A stretch of 63,002 nucleotides of DNA, filler included, from Octopus bimaculoides (GCF_001194135.2; 7 parts of 6 records of this genome joined end to end with filler, not necessarily neighbours in it); one strand, 5' to 3'; positions 50,715-62,358 are shown, numbered from the whole stretch's first letter. The notes: generated from the sequence alone by a model not told the origin. A program made the numbers and translations.

Positions 50715-51125
50715 CAATCAGTTCTAAAGGGCGAGATGTTCCTAGGCAACATCCAAACGCTTGAAGAAATCTGGCTACACCGTATCAGTTGGTCCATACA
50801 CGGCGACAAGTCCAAAGTCACCATCTTCACCACTTTTAACGCCAAGGACCACCAACTTCCCATCCAAGTCCAGGAAGACTGACGGTATCTCGAAGCTCAG
50901 GCATTTTCGGAAGAGGGCCTCCACAACGTCTCCCTGTTCCGGGTTGAGTAAGAGATGCAAAGACTTCAAAGTCGCTAAAAAATAGTTGCTAAGATGCGAG
51001 TATTGGAAATCCTGACCTCACCGATGGCTATCACATCCAAACCTAGTGATCTGAAATTATTGAGCAAGTAATCCTGTTTCCAAGGTGAACCCTACCCCAC
51101 TAGTTCACTCTCTGAACCGCCATGT
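50715..51125 (-). mobile_element. L1/Tx1-type APE endonuclease remnant (ORF2 N-terminus)
   Basis: GSPWKQDYLLNNFRSLGLDVIAIGEVR...ALFRK..FLDLDGKLVVL..FGLVAVYGP..DFFKRL. Confidence 0.8.
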
Positions 51126-51596
51126 TGGTTGAAGAGAAAGCAATTTGGTGTTCCAGAGACCAAGTGACTTGGTCTCCAAAAAATCCTGACAAGTCCTTTA
51201 TGAACCTATTGTTGGCTTATCATTAAGAAATTATTCTTCATTATTCTGTTAGCCTCCAAGTTCAGCCTTATTTTCAAATTATGTGGCATCCTGAAAGTCT
51301 TGGTCTTAAAATCTTTTCCTCCTGTGTGAATGTTTACCTTTTATGTGATAAAGGATACCAGTTTTTGATTCGTGCTGCTTATCTGCAAAAGGTTTGGGGT
51401 AATTGTGTTTTTTTTTGGTGCTGTTGTATTTGTGTCTGTCTGCTGGTGCCGCTCGTATGTGTATTTTCTTTTTGTTGAGGTGTATGTTGGTGATGGTGGT
51501 AGTGAAGACGTTGGGGATTTGTCTGTGTTTGGTGATGTCTTGATTTGTGCAGTTCGTTATGATTGAATGTGTCCTTTTAAAATTTTATATTACGTC

Positions 51597-51712
51597 TAAG
51601 GCGGTGACCTGGCAGAGACGTTAGCATACTGAACATAACCAGTTGAGCACTAGGGTCTATATAATCGACTTGTCCCACCCTCAAATGTTAGCCCTTGTGC
51701 TTATTGCAGAAA
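51597..51712 (+). mobile_element. SINE family A with large internal deletion
   Basis: TAAGGCGGTGACCTGGCAGAGACGTTAGC joined to ACCAGTTGAGCACTAGGG. Confidence 0.75.
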
Positions 51713-51761
51713 AACGTTTTTGCTACCGTTTTCATTACAATTGACGTTGTCGTTGTTGTTG

Positions 51762-51792
<31 letters not shown>

Positions 51793-52146
51793 TGTTCTCG
51801 GGCACGCTCTGCTTTTTAACGCCACTCCGTGCCGCTCTTGCATTAGAACAAAGGAGAGAGTAGTGTTCTCTAATGAAGTTGGTAGTGGCAGGAGTCCTCT
51901 CTACTACCTCATCGCTGAGTCCGAGAGTGGGTGTTATTAATTCCATAGTTCCAACAAAGACCAAAACAGACGAAATTATACAAAAGTTGTACCTCTAGGG
52001 CATAATTTGGCAGTACACTTCTTCACACAGTGAAGTAGAAATCATAATTCAATGTTTTGGCAAAAATGTACAACAGTAAACAAATTGTTTTCAACAAAAT
52101 TTAACCAACCTTCGGGAACGAAGACAATTTACAGCTACTACAAACG

Positions 52147-52204
<58 letters not shown>

Positions 52205-52213
<9 letters not shown>

Positions 52214-52402
52214 TCTCCCAAAAATCAAAATAGACAAGATATCTCCCAAAAATCAAAATAGACAATAAAACAACATCAATAATAAATAGCATAAACCTGG
52301 CCGTCACGGAACTAACAACCACAGAAACAACAGGCAATATCACTGAGCTAAATGACATGATATATGCGGCAGCCACTGCAGCCACAAAAGAAGCAGGATA
52401 CT
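52205..52402 (+). mobile_element. Probable Dong/R4-type LINE fragment (N-terminal ORF region), runs into gap
   Basis: INLAVTELTTTETTGNITELNDMIYAAATAATKEAGY, immediately after (AAT)n; 29-bp tandem duplication at the junction. Confidence 0.5.
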
Positions 52403-52502
52403 NNNNNNNNNNNNNNNNNNNNNNNNNNNNNNNNNNNNNNNNNNNNTTAATTAATTAANNNNNNNNNNNNNNNNNNNNNNNNNNNNNNNNNNNNNNNNNN
52501 NN

Positions 52503-52580
<78 letters not shown>

Positions 52581-52737
52581 CATATGTATATATATATAAC
52601 TTTATTATGTAAATAGTATATTAATGATTTCTCTATTTCTTCCCAAGTTCTCTCTTTACACCATTACTCCTCCCTGCACACATATACACACACACGTCCA
52701 TACACAAATGCACTCACAAACACACATAGAAGTGTGT

Positions 52738-52768
<31 letters not shown>

Positions 52769-53087
52769 CGTGTGTGTGTGTGCGTGCGTGTGTGTGTGTG
52801 TTGGTTTAGATGTAACAATTGGTACAATAGATTCCGACTACCAAACATTAAACCATAAAGAAAATACTGTATGAAAGAACGCTTATTGTTTGAAATTCTT
52901 GTATGGAACAATAGAAATGTGAAGTGTTTTATTAGAAATTACAAGAAAATATATATTTGGACAAGAAGAACATTTATTTCCGTATCTCCGACCATTCATT
53001 TATGACTTGGTATTTGTCTTTTTTAACATTTTTGAAACCAACTTGTCTAAGACCAACCTTGGTCCTATGATACAAACTTCCTATCTA

Positions 53088-53314
53088 AATCTATAGCATT
53101 GAAATGGGCCATGTCTGGCTCAAATATTCTACCTGTTTTGTGTTGTGACCAGCCAGCTTTTCACCCCTACCTCACAATGTAATTTTAGAAATTTAAAATT
53201 AAACCATCACATTATAAAAATCTCAAAGCTACAAGATCATACATGATTAATTCAAAATAATGTGAATAAGAAAAAAATATTCATTTGACAGAATGATATG
53301 AATGTTAAAAGGTA
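53088..53314. mobile_element. piggyBac-like (TTAA/CCC-ended) MITE, degenerate
   Basis: Same family as 61150-61341 (AAAGCTACAAGAT.AT..ATGAT.AATT); end GAATGTTAAAAGGTAA resembles GAATGCTAAGGGGTTAA. Confidence 0.55.
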
Positions 53315-53334
53315 AAAAGTGGTTAAATTAAATT

Positions 53335-53815
53335 GAATTAAATTAAATAAAGGCGTTCTTCAAAAGTTTCCTGTTAATTTATGTTCTATACACCAGCATA
53401 CTAAATACATCATTATTTTAAAAATTAATTGAATTAAAAGATGTGTATTTTAACAGAAATATGTTAACAAAAGGGTTAGAATGAGCTAAATTAAAACCTT
53501 CCATCAAAATTTCGCGATGATTTATGTTCAAAATGTCAGTTTAATAATGACAAAGTTGTTTTACTAAATCCTTCGTTATTTTGAAAATTAATTGAATTAA
53601 AGGCTGCGTATTTTACCAGAAATATGGTAACAAAATACAAAATGGTTTAAATTATCTAAATTAAAACCTTCCATTATAATCTCATGTTAATTTATGTGCC
53701 AAACATCAGCTTCTTTATGACAAGATTATTTCACAAACTTTTTTTTAATCATTTTTTAAATTAACTGAAACACAAACAAGTGCATTTCCACAGAAATATA
53801 ACAAATGGGTTAATT
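53335..53815. repeat. Three tandem ~160-bp copies of an AT-rich element end (each ..CAGAAATAT..AACAAA..GGGTTAA-like)
   Basis: Repeated AAATTAAAACCTTCCAT..TTTATG..AATTAATTGAA..TATTTT..CAGAAATAT. Confidence 0.75.
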
Positions 53816-54112
53816 AAAATTAATTAAAATTGATTACACTTCTGAATCTGAAGTGTTGTCTCCTGGGTTTTGGGGAAAACGTGTACTCTGGTCTTTAGAT
53901 AGGGTACAGTCACTGTATCCTTGATCTGGTGCTCTCTTGAATTCTGCAGTTTTCAAAGACAATAATTTGATGATACAGGTAAAGTGAAGGGGACTATGAA
54001 AAAGGGAGCACAGCAGTGCAATTCCCCCACCTTTGAAAGAGGTTTTCTGAGGTGGGCTCAGAGATGGTGTAGATGCTTCCCTTGTGATGGATGCTACCCA
54101 AGATGTGCAGGC

Positions 54113-54283
54113 ACAGGAGTGGCTGTGTGGTAAGTAGCTTGCCTACTAACCACATGGTTCTGGGTTCAGTCCCACTGCTTGGCACCTTGGGCAAGTGTCT
54201 TCTACTATAGCCTCGGGGCGACCAAAGCCTTGTGAGTGGATTTGGTAGACGGAAACTGAAAGAAGCCCGTCATATATATGCAT

Positions 54284-54322
<39 letters not shown>
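54113..54322 (+). mobile_element. SINE family B, 5' half (well conserved); gap follows
   Basis: CAGGAGTGGCTGTGTGGTAAG..GGTTCAGTCCCAC..CCTTGGGCAAGTGTCTTCTACTATAGCCTC..GAAACTGAAAGAAGCCCGTC. Confidence 0.92.
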
Positions 54323-55289
54323 NNNNNNNNNNNNNNNNNNNNNNNNNNNNNNNNNNNNNNNNNNNNTTAATTAATTAANNNNNNNNNNNNNNNNNNNNNN
54401 NNNNNNNNNNNNNNNNNNNNNNTATATAAAATATAAAATAGATCTTTGCCCGGTAGCAAAGTCCTTTTCCACGTTTCGACACTCAGCGAAGCGTTATTCC
54501 ATGCTTCCGCGTAACCTCCATTTTATTCAGCTGTTTGCACATAGCTTATATGCAATCGATTGCTTAACAACCTGTTACATGCTTTTAACAATCAATTACA
54601 CATACGTGAACGTAGATTTTTCACGCTTCACTGGCTTTCATTGTTATGATTACACCGTGAATGATTAAAACTCATTAAGCGACCATGGAAACTTGGAGAA
54701 TGTTGTTTTATACATGGCTACATTTCGCTGTAATTAGTGACAGCACTTAACTAGATTTCGAACGAGCTAACGTTTATTAATTATGATCAGAATGTAGAGA
54801 AGAGAACGTGTCACGAGTTCTTAATATGCGTCTATATATAAACGTGTGAGTGTGTGTATGTGGTGTGTGTGTGTATGAATGTAATGTGTGTATGTATGTT
54901 TGTTTGTATATGTGTGTGCATTTGTGTGCTTGTGTGTGTTTGTGTGTCTGCGTGTGTTTGTGTGTATGTTTATATATACAAGCATATAAATGTGTGTATG
55001 CATATGTCTTTATGAGTGTCCCTATATACATATATGTGCGTATGTGTGTCTGAGTCTGTGTGTGTACATATGTATATATGTATATGTATATATGTATGCG
55101 TATGTATGTGTGTGTGTGTCTGTGTCTGTATATATATATATATGTATGTGGGGGTGGGGGGGTAAAGATGCATACATGCGTATAAGTATAAAATATGTGT
55201 ATGCGTATGTGTTTATTTACGTGTATATTTACATGTATGCATGTATATATATACATACGTAAGTGTATATATACACACACAATACTCAT

Positions 55290-55329
<40 letters not shown>

Positions 55330-55669
55330 ATATGCGTACATAAAACGTGGTACATGTGTATATATTCGTGAGTACGTGTGTGTATTTTCAGTTTTGAATT
55401 GCAATTGTGTTGTTCAACTTCTCACATCCGAGTCTCAGTCAGTTAATAGATGGCGCTGGCGGTACGGGGTTACACTTTACATAATGCCAAATCGAAAATC
55501 GAAAATGATGGCTATCCAACCGGTATTGATGTGCTCCACACTCTACGACGAGTATAGACTGGTAGCTTAGACTTGAAAAGTTTACTGATATTTTCCTTCA
55601 TTTTGTTTTTATTTTATTTTTTCTGTTCTTATTTGTTTATTTACTCTTTTAATCTTTTACTCTTTCACT

Positions 55670-55744
55670 TGATTCAGCCATTTCACTGTGGTCATAAATC
55701 GACCCCAAGACTTATTCTTTGTAAGCCTAATACTTATTCTATCG
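55670..55744 (-). mobile_element. SINE family B, 3' fragment
   Basis: AATCGACCCCAAGACTTATTCTTTGTAAGCCTA.TACTTATTCTATCGG. Confidence 0.75.
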
Positions 55745-55845
55745 GNNNNNNNNNNNNNNNNNNNNNNNNNNNNNNNNNNNNNNNNNNNNTTAATTAATTA
55801 ANNNNNNNNNNNNNNNNNNNNNNNNNNNNNNNNNNNNNNNNNNNN

Positions 55846-56460
55846 AATTACCGGATATTTCTGGCCGGCCATCCTCAAAAAATCCGGAAATACCACATCC
55901 CTGGCTGATTGGGTCCACAGGGTCAAAACCGCTTTTGCCCCAACTCAATCAGCTGTAGGTAAAATTTTCACTTTAAGAGCTTTGCTCCACTGCCACCCAG
56001 ACCCCGTCNNNNNNNNNNTTAAGAGCTTTGCTCCACTGCCACCCAGACCCCGTCGGATAGTATCCTCTATCCAATCAGGTTCTATACCGGGTGGCAGCCC
56101 ACAGATTCAAGCCCTAGTTAATTTCTTCCCACAGTATGTGGGAAGAAACATAATTTTTTCCCCTTCTAAGGGCTGGCTCGCAAACTTGCGAGCCACCTCA
56201 GGGGTGTCAAATAGCAACCTAACCGTCGCATATTTTACACCCCTTGCCATAAACCTAATTGTTGGCAGATATTCTGCCAACTCTTTTTCAATTTCAATTT
56301 TGTGAAAGACCGTAATGGTGTCGAGTAACCTAGAGTAGGTCCGTAACACCACCGTTCTTTCCCTGAAATCATTGAACCACTTCTTTGGTGGGATAATCTC
56401 CCACTCCACAGCAGTGGCCTTATTTTTCTTTGTGTTCTCTGCCATGATAAAAATGTCCAC
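55846..56460 (-). mobile_element. Probable non-LTR (L1/Tx1-type) ORF1 N-terminal region
   Basis: MAENTKKNK..FRERTVVLRTYS..ATVRLLFDTPEVA..MFLPTYCGKKLTRA*ICGLPPGIEPDWIE.. One TGA is read through; the RRM-like xIxGLPP motif is typical of ORF1. Confidence 0.55.
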
Positions 56461-57121
56461 ATAAAAATTAAACAACGAAAAATTTTAAAAACATGCAAAA
56501 AGAGAAAACAGTTAAAAAAAGCGGAAGAAATAAAATAAACCGTTCGTACTAAAAAAAAGTTCATAAAAGAAGGAGAAAGGAAATACTACAGTTCAGAAAG
56601 AATAAATAAAATAACAAATTTTCAGGCCACAACGGTACTCCGGCCCGATTTGATCCCGGCTCCGCTGCAGTCGTCATTTTGCTTGTAAAAATTAAATCCT
56701 TTGCCTAGTTCCACGTGGTGTAGTTCAAAGCAAGAGGAAGACTTTTCTTCAAATTTATTAGCTTTCAAAACTTGGTTTGAAAACAATAAATTCCTTTTCT
56801 TTTTTAAACAAAGTTCACAATATTTATTTGTAGTTTTCAAATCATGGCTTGAAAACAACAAACTTTTACAAACTAAGTTCACAATTTTTGGAGGAGTGAT
56901 ACCTCCAAATCACTCTTCTCATCGCTAAGTGAGACATTAAGCACAACCACAGGCAGACAAATGCGTGGAATTNNNNNNNNNNNNNNNNNNNNNNNNNNNN
57001 NNNNNNNNNNNNNNNNTTAATTAATTAANNNNNNNNNNNNNNNNNNNNNNNNNNNNNNNNNNNNNNNNNNNNCCGGACAGATAGACGACACGAAGACGGG
57101 AAGGAAAAGCAACAAAAAGAT

Positions 57122-57285
57122 TAACAGGACAAAACAAGGAGAAAACAGGACAAAACAAGGAGAAAACAGGACAAAACAAGGAGAAAACAGGACAAAACAA
57201 GGAGAAAACAGGACAAAACAAGGACAAAACAGGACAAAACAAGGACAAAACAGGACAAAACAAGGAGAAAACAGGACAAAACAAC
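57122..57285. repeat. 21-bp minisatellite AAAACAGGACAAAACAAGGA(G/C), ~8 copies
   Basis: Direct reading; the unit is a dimer of 10/11-mers. Confidence 0.95.
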
Positions 57286-57459
57286 TCCTCTGTCAAGTTT
57301 CCAGATTATCCTTACAGTTTCGGACGGTTACAATAGCCGACCTCACACACTTCTCATGAGGAATTCCGGAAGGAGCTTCGTGAGACCATTATTGAGACGC
57401 TTCCGAAAAAAAGAAAAGCCGTTGGAAAACAGTTTATAGCAGAGACTCCATCTAAGAAT

Positions 57460-57492
57460 ATCTGAAGAAGGAATTGTATTCCGAAATATCAT
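57460..57492 (+). ncRNA. Minimal type-I hammerhead ribozyme motif (Penelope-like element type)
   Basis: CTGAAGA-A-GGAAT/TGT/ATTCC-GAAA-TATC: complete core, 5-bp stem II, palindromic ATAT stem III, AUC cleavage triplet; stem I only 2 bp. Confidence 0.55.
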
Positions 57493-58390
57493 CGGACTAC
57501 AGATAACTAAATTACAAGTATATAGTCCATTTTTGTATTATAGTGCATTGTTGTACCATTCAAAACTTTTTATTCTTTACAAACAATACTCAATGCTTCA
57601 AGCGAACTACACTACTCTCCTATATATATATATATATNNNNNNNNNNNNNNNNNNNNNNNNNNNNNNNNNNNNNNNNNNNNNNNNNNNNNNNNNNNNNNN
57701 NNNNNNNNNNNNNNNNNNNNNNNNNNNNNNNNNNNNNNNNNNNNNNNNNNNNNNNNNNNNNNNNNNNNNNNNNNNNNNNNNNNNNNNNNNNNNNNNNNNN
57801 NNNNNNNNNNNNNNNNNNNNNNNNNNNNNNNNNNNNNNNNNNNNNNNNNNNNNNNNNNNNNNNNNNNNNNNNNNNNNNNNNNNNNNNNNNNNNNNNNNNN
57901 NNNNNNNNNNNNNNNNNNNNNNNNNNNNNNNNNNNNNNNNNNNNNNNNNNNNNNNNNNNNNNNNNNNNNNNNNNNNNNNNNNNNNNNNNNNNNNNNNNNN
58001 NNNNNNNNNNNNNNNNNNNNNNNNNNNNNNNNNNNTATATATACATATATATATATGTATGTATGCATGTATGTACGAATATGTATGTATATGCATTCAT
58101 ATATGAGTGTGTATATAACATACATGGGTACACACATCGACACACATGCCAATGAGGAATACTGATTGGATTATACGTGTGGTGCCTTTGACACTGAATT
58201 CTAATTAAGAAAAGTGCGAACGACATATTGTCAGTATGGGATGTCGGTGAGAGGTGTGAAGGCATTCATCTGTTCCTCATAAAGACGGGTGTCACGTAGT
58301 GTTCCACAACGAAACGTGGTGTGTCCGGTCCATCCCCGTGGGATTCCTTCACGACCACCAATACTACTACTACTACTATTACTACTACTA

Positions 58391-58422
<32 letters not shown>

Positions 58423-59439
58423 TCTGCTACTACTACTACTACTACTACTACTACTGCTGCTGCTGCTACTACTAACTAATACAACTATTGCTACTACTAC
58501 TTCTACTATAACTACTACTACAATTATTATTACTACTAACTATTACTAATACAGCTGCTACTAACCAGCGCAACCACTACTACTACTTACTACTATTACT
58601 ACTACTACTAGGACGCCACCACAATAACGCCACATGACCACCACTACCACCACAACTATTAATAACGCTACATCACAAACAACAATAGCAACACTGCAAC
58701 ACAACTAAACGCTACCAAAACGAACGCCACCACCACCACCACCAGCACTACCACAACTCCCAGCATCATCGCCACTAACAGCTCCACCACCACAACGAGG
58801 GCCACCGAGACCATCACCACGACCATCACCACGACCACCAACAACAACAATATCAAAAACTGCCACCAGTGCCACCACCATCGGCACCGAACGAACCTCA
58901 TTATCCATTCCGTTCCTATAAACACACACACACAAACACACACACATACACACTTACATGCACATACACACAGATAATACACATACATACTCACACATAC
59001 ACAGATATATACACATACATACATACATACATACATACATACATACATACACGTACTCACACATATATACATATACACATGCATACATACATACACATAC
59101 AAACACATACGTACACATACACATGCATACACACACTCATGCTCACAAACATACATATACATACACTCATACACACACACACACATATACACACATACAC
59201 ACATACACGCAAATACAAACATACACACACGTGCATATACATACACACACATACTCACACGTACACAGACACATGCAAATATATACATATACAAAGACAT
59301 ATACACACATAGACACACTCATACATACACACAGACTCANNNNNNNNNNNNNNNNNNNNNNNNNNNNNNNNNNNNNNNNNNNNTTAATTAATTAANNNNN
59401 NNNNNNNNNNNNNNNNNNNNNNNNNNNNNNNNNNNNNNN

Positions 59440-59545
59440 CTTTCAGTTTCCGTCAACCAAATCCGCTTACAATGCTTTGGTTGGCCCGAGGCTATAGCAG
59501 TGGGACTGAACCCGCGGTGGAACTGAACCCGGAACCATATGGTTC
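59440..59545 (-). mobile_element. SINE family B, 5' half (deleted)
   Basis: TTTCAGTTTCCGTCAACCAAATCC..GGCCCGAGGCTATAG..ACTGAACCCGGAACCATATGG. Confidence 0.8.
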
Positions 59546-59658
59546 TTGTTTAAGTTCTTGTATAAGAATTAATAAATTTTTACTCTTACAAAAGTAGTAA
59601 CCCATTAGATTGATGCAAAATTGTCTTTATCATAACTAAACATAAAAACAAACCTTAA

Positions 59659-59701
<43 letters not shown>

Positions 59702-59779
59702 TTATCTATCTATCTATCTGTCTGTCTGTCTGCCCCTCTGTCTGCCTGTCTGCCTACTTATTGTGTTATTATGTCACCT

Positions 59780-59890
59780 GTCTTTTAGTCCTTAAACTGC
59801 GGCCATAGTGGGGCAACGCTTTGAAGGTATTTCTAACCAAACACATCGACCCCCGATACCTACTTTTTCTAAAGCCAAGTACTTACTCGA
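59780..59890 (-). mobile_element. SINE family B, 3' fragment
   Basis: CTGCGGCCATAGTGGGGCA..ATCGACCCC..AAGTACTTACTC. Confidence 0.55.
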
Positions 59891-59919
59891 TCGGCTACAT
59901 TCGAAGGAACATGCATATA

Positions 59920-60072
59920 CTGGCTTCAAATTTTGGCACAATGCCAGCAATTTCGTGATGGTAGCAGCAAGTCGATAACATCGATCTCAGTGCTCAACTG
60001 GTATTCATTTTATCGACGCCAAACAATGAAAGGCAAAATTGACTATGGCAGAATTTGAACTCAGAACGTATG
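59920..60072 (-). mobile_element. SINE family A, 3' part
   Basis: CTTCAAATTTTGGCACAA.GCCAGCAATT..TGAAAGGCAAA..TTTGAACTCAGAACGTA. Confidence 0.8.
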
Positions 60073-60145
60073 ACTATCATAAAATTCGATTACAGTAACA
60101 CACTGACAATATGTTTCATATCTATACATACACAACAACCATATA

Positions 60146-60363
60146 CGAAGAGGTGCTGAAAAGTTCCTCGCTTTGGGTAAAAGAAATTACAGGAGGATCA
60201 GTTAATTGTGACTTTATTCAACATACCTCCCCTCTCAGATTCACACACGTGTTACAGCGGTTCCTCAGCTTCTCTAAGCCCTGTAAAAGAACTCAGAAGG
60301 TTGGGCCTCCAACTAGGCCTTTTGCGATACCCTTAAATCTAGGAAATTTTCAGCATCCCCTCG
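60146..60363 (-). mobile_element. Non-autonomous mariner deletion derivative (218 bp)
   Basis: TIRs CGAAGAGGTGCTGAAAAGTTCCT / rc CGAGGGGATGCTGAAAATTTCCT; TA flanks; minus strand LEAQPSEFF..GLEKLRNRCNTCVNLRG.YVE* (frameshifted mariner C-terminus). Confidence 0.85.
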
Positions 60364-60976
60364 TATATCCGGCTATATATAACATACACGCACTGACCTC
60401 ACGCATAATCGCACAAACAAACCTTAAACTTGCTTGTGTATGTAAGTGCGTGTGTATGTGTGTGCAGTTGTGTATGCATGCGTGTGTTAGTTTATTTACC
60501 ATTCACTTAAGTTCTCTGGAGGTATTTTCACATCAACGAAGACGATCCTCAAACCAAAAAGCAGTTTTCGTTTATATCACCCGATTCGAATATCGATTCT
60601 TTTGAAATGGTGGCCAGTCAAAAGCTGCACTGTGTTTAAGATGTAATATCGTGACATCACTAATGTGTAATTTCTGGGAGCTGGCGGGCAAAGCAAATCA
60701 CGAGATCGGTTTGCAGAAATTTGCAGAAACATGTCTTGTCCTAGTACAAAATAGCTACATTCACAAGTGCTTTTTTTGTGATTTTCCTAAGTTCATTTAT
60801 TCCATTTTTGTAGTTATCATGAGATCTAATAACGCAGCCCCAAATATTTAATCTTATTGAGAACTTTATGGTATTATACCTCGAGGTAGATAGGTTAGAA
60901 TGTGAAACATTAACGCATTAGAAATAATATATTTCTAAATTTCTTAGAGAGATTTATGTAGTAGCAACACAATAAA

Positions 60977-61148
60977 GTGATAGCATGTTGTCAACTTAAT
61001 GTGACAGTCCCATAAAAGGGAAGAATGCTACTGTTTCCTGTTGGACTTGAGACATTTCTAACAGGAAACGGTGTTTCCTAGGGCTGAATAACAATAGCCT
61101 TCTTCCCTATAATCAGACTGTCACATTAAGTTGACAACATGCTATCAC
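60977..61148. mobile_element. Small fold-back element with perfect 33-bp inverted repeats
   Basis: GTGATAGCATGTTGTCAACTTAATGTGACAGTC (60977-61009) is the exact reverse complement of 61116-61148. Confidence 0.75.
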
Positions 61149-61149
61149 A

Positions 61150-61341
61150 TTAGCACATTAGTATCCACACCGGCCATATTTTACGCTCGACCTGACCAAA
61201 TTAGGCTTATTACACCTTCCCTACAATGTCATAAGCAATCGCATCATTGAAATCTTAAAGCTACAAGATAATATATGATAAATTGAAAGCAATGTAAATA
61301 GACAAACATTACCTTTGAATAATCTGAATGCTAAGGGGTTA
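61150..61341. mobile_element. piggyBac-like MITE, degenerate left end
   Basis: Ends ...CTGAATGCTAAGGGG-TTAA; homologous to 53088-53314. Confidence 0.55.
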
Positions 61342-62327
61342 AACACATTTACAGCTGATAACTCCCTACCTGTTCTCTCTTTCTTTCTTTCTTCCTTTCT
61401 TTCTCGTTTTCTTTCTTTCTTTGTTTCTTTCCCTGATGTGTGTGCGTGTGCATGTGTGTTTGCGGGCGTGTATAAAAATAGCGAGACTAGTAGTGGTCTG
61501 TGTTTGTAAAAACTATATTTATTGGTAAAGTTTAAAGTTCTTATGCTGCTGGGATAATAGCTTATTGTATGTGAGCTTTATAAAAAAAAAACAAAAAAAA
61601 AACGCTCTGAGAAGGTTTTTACTATTTAATTCCTTTTTGTTTTCTAAATTCTTATATTCAATAATATTGTGTGTGAGAGAGTGTGTGAGAGAGTGTGTGT
61701 ATGTCTGTGTGTGTGTATAAATGAAAACTAGTGAGGTGGTAGTACGGCACTCGTTGTATTTTTGAATACAAGTAGTGTATAGGTATGGCTGGGCTTCTAC
61801 TATCCCCATGTCTGAGAATCACTAAGTAGATGCAAAATATTATAACGTACAGACAAGGCAAATTCATCAATCAGACTCTTCAAGGTAATGTTTCAATGAT
61901 TGAGACAAATATAAGAATATATATATATATATANNNNNNNNNNNNNNNNNNNNNNNNNNNNNNNNNNNNNNNNNNNNNNNNNNNNNNNNNNNNNNNNNNN
62001 NNNNNNNNNNNNNNNNNNNNNNNNNNNNNNNNNNNNNNNNNNNNNNNNNNNNNNNNNNNNNNNNNNNNNNNNNNNNNNNNNNNNNNNNNNNNNNNNNNNN
62101 NNNNNNNNNNNNNNNNNNNNNNNNNNNNNNNNNNNNNNNNNNNNNNNNNNNNNNNNNNNNNNNNNNNNNNNNNNNNNNNNNNNNNNNNNNNNNNNNNNNN
62201 NNNNNNNNNNNNNNNNNNNNNNNNNNNNNNNNNNNNNNNNNNNNNNNNNNNNNNNNNNNNNNNNNNNNNNNNNNNNNNNNNNNNNNNNNNNNNNNNNNNN
62301 NNNNNNNNNNNNNNNNNNNNNNNNNNN

Positions 62328-62358
<31 letters not shown>

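Noticed and set aside
55455-55470. AGATGGCGCTG CTCF-like motif
   Set aside because: Single partial match with no supporting evidence; too weak to call
55975-56052. 33-bp duplication AAGAGCTTTGCTCCACTGCCACCCAGACCCCGTC around a 10-N gap
   Set aside because: Overlap artefact rather than a real tandem repeat
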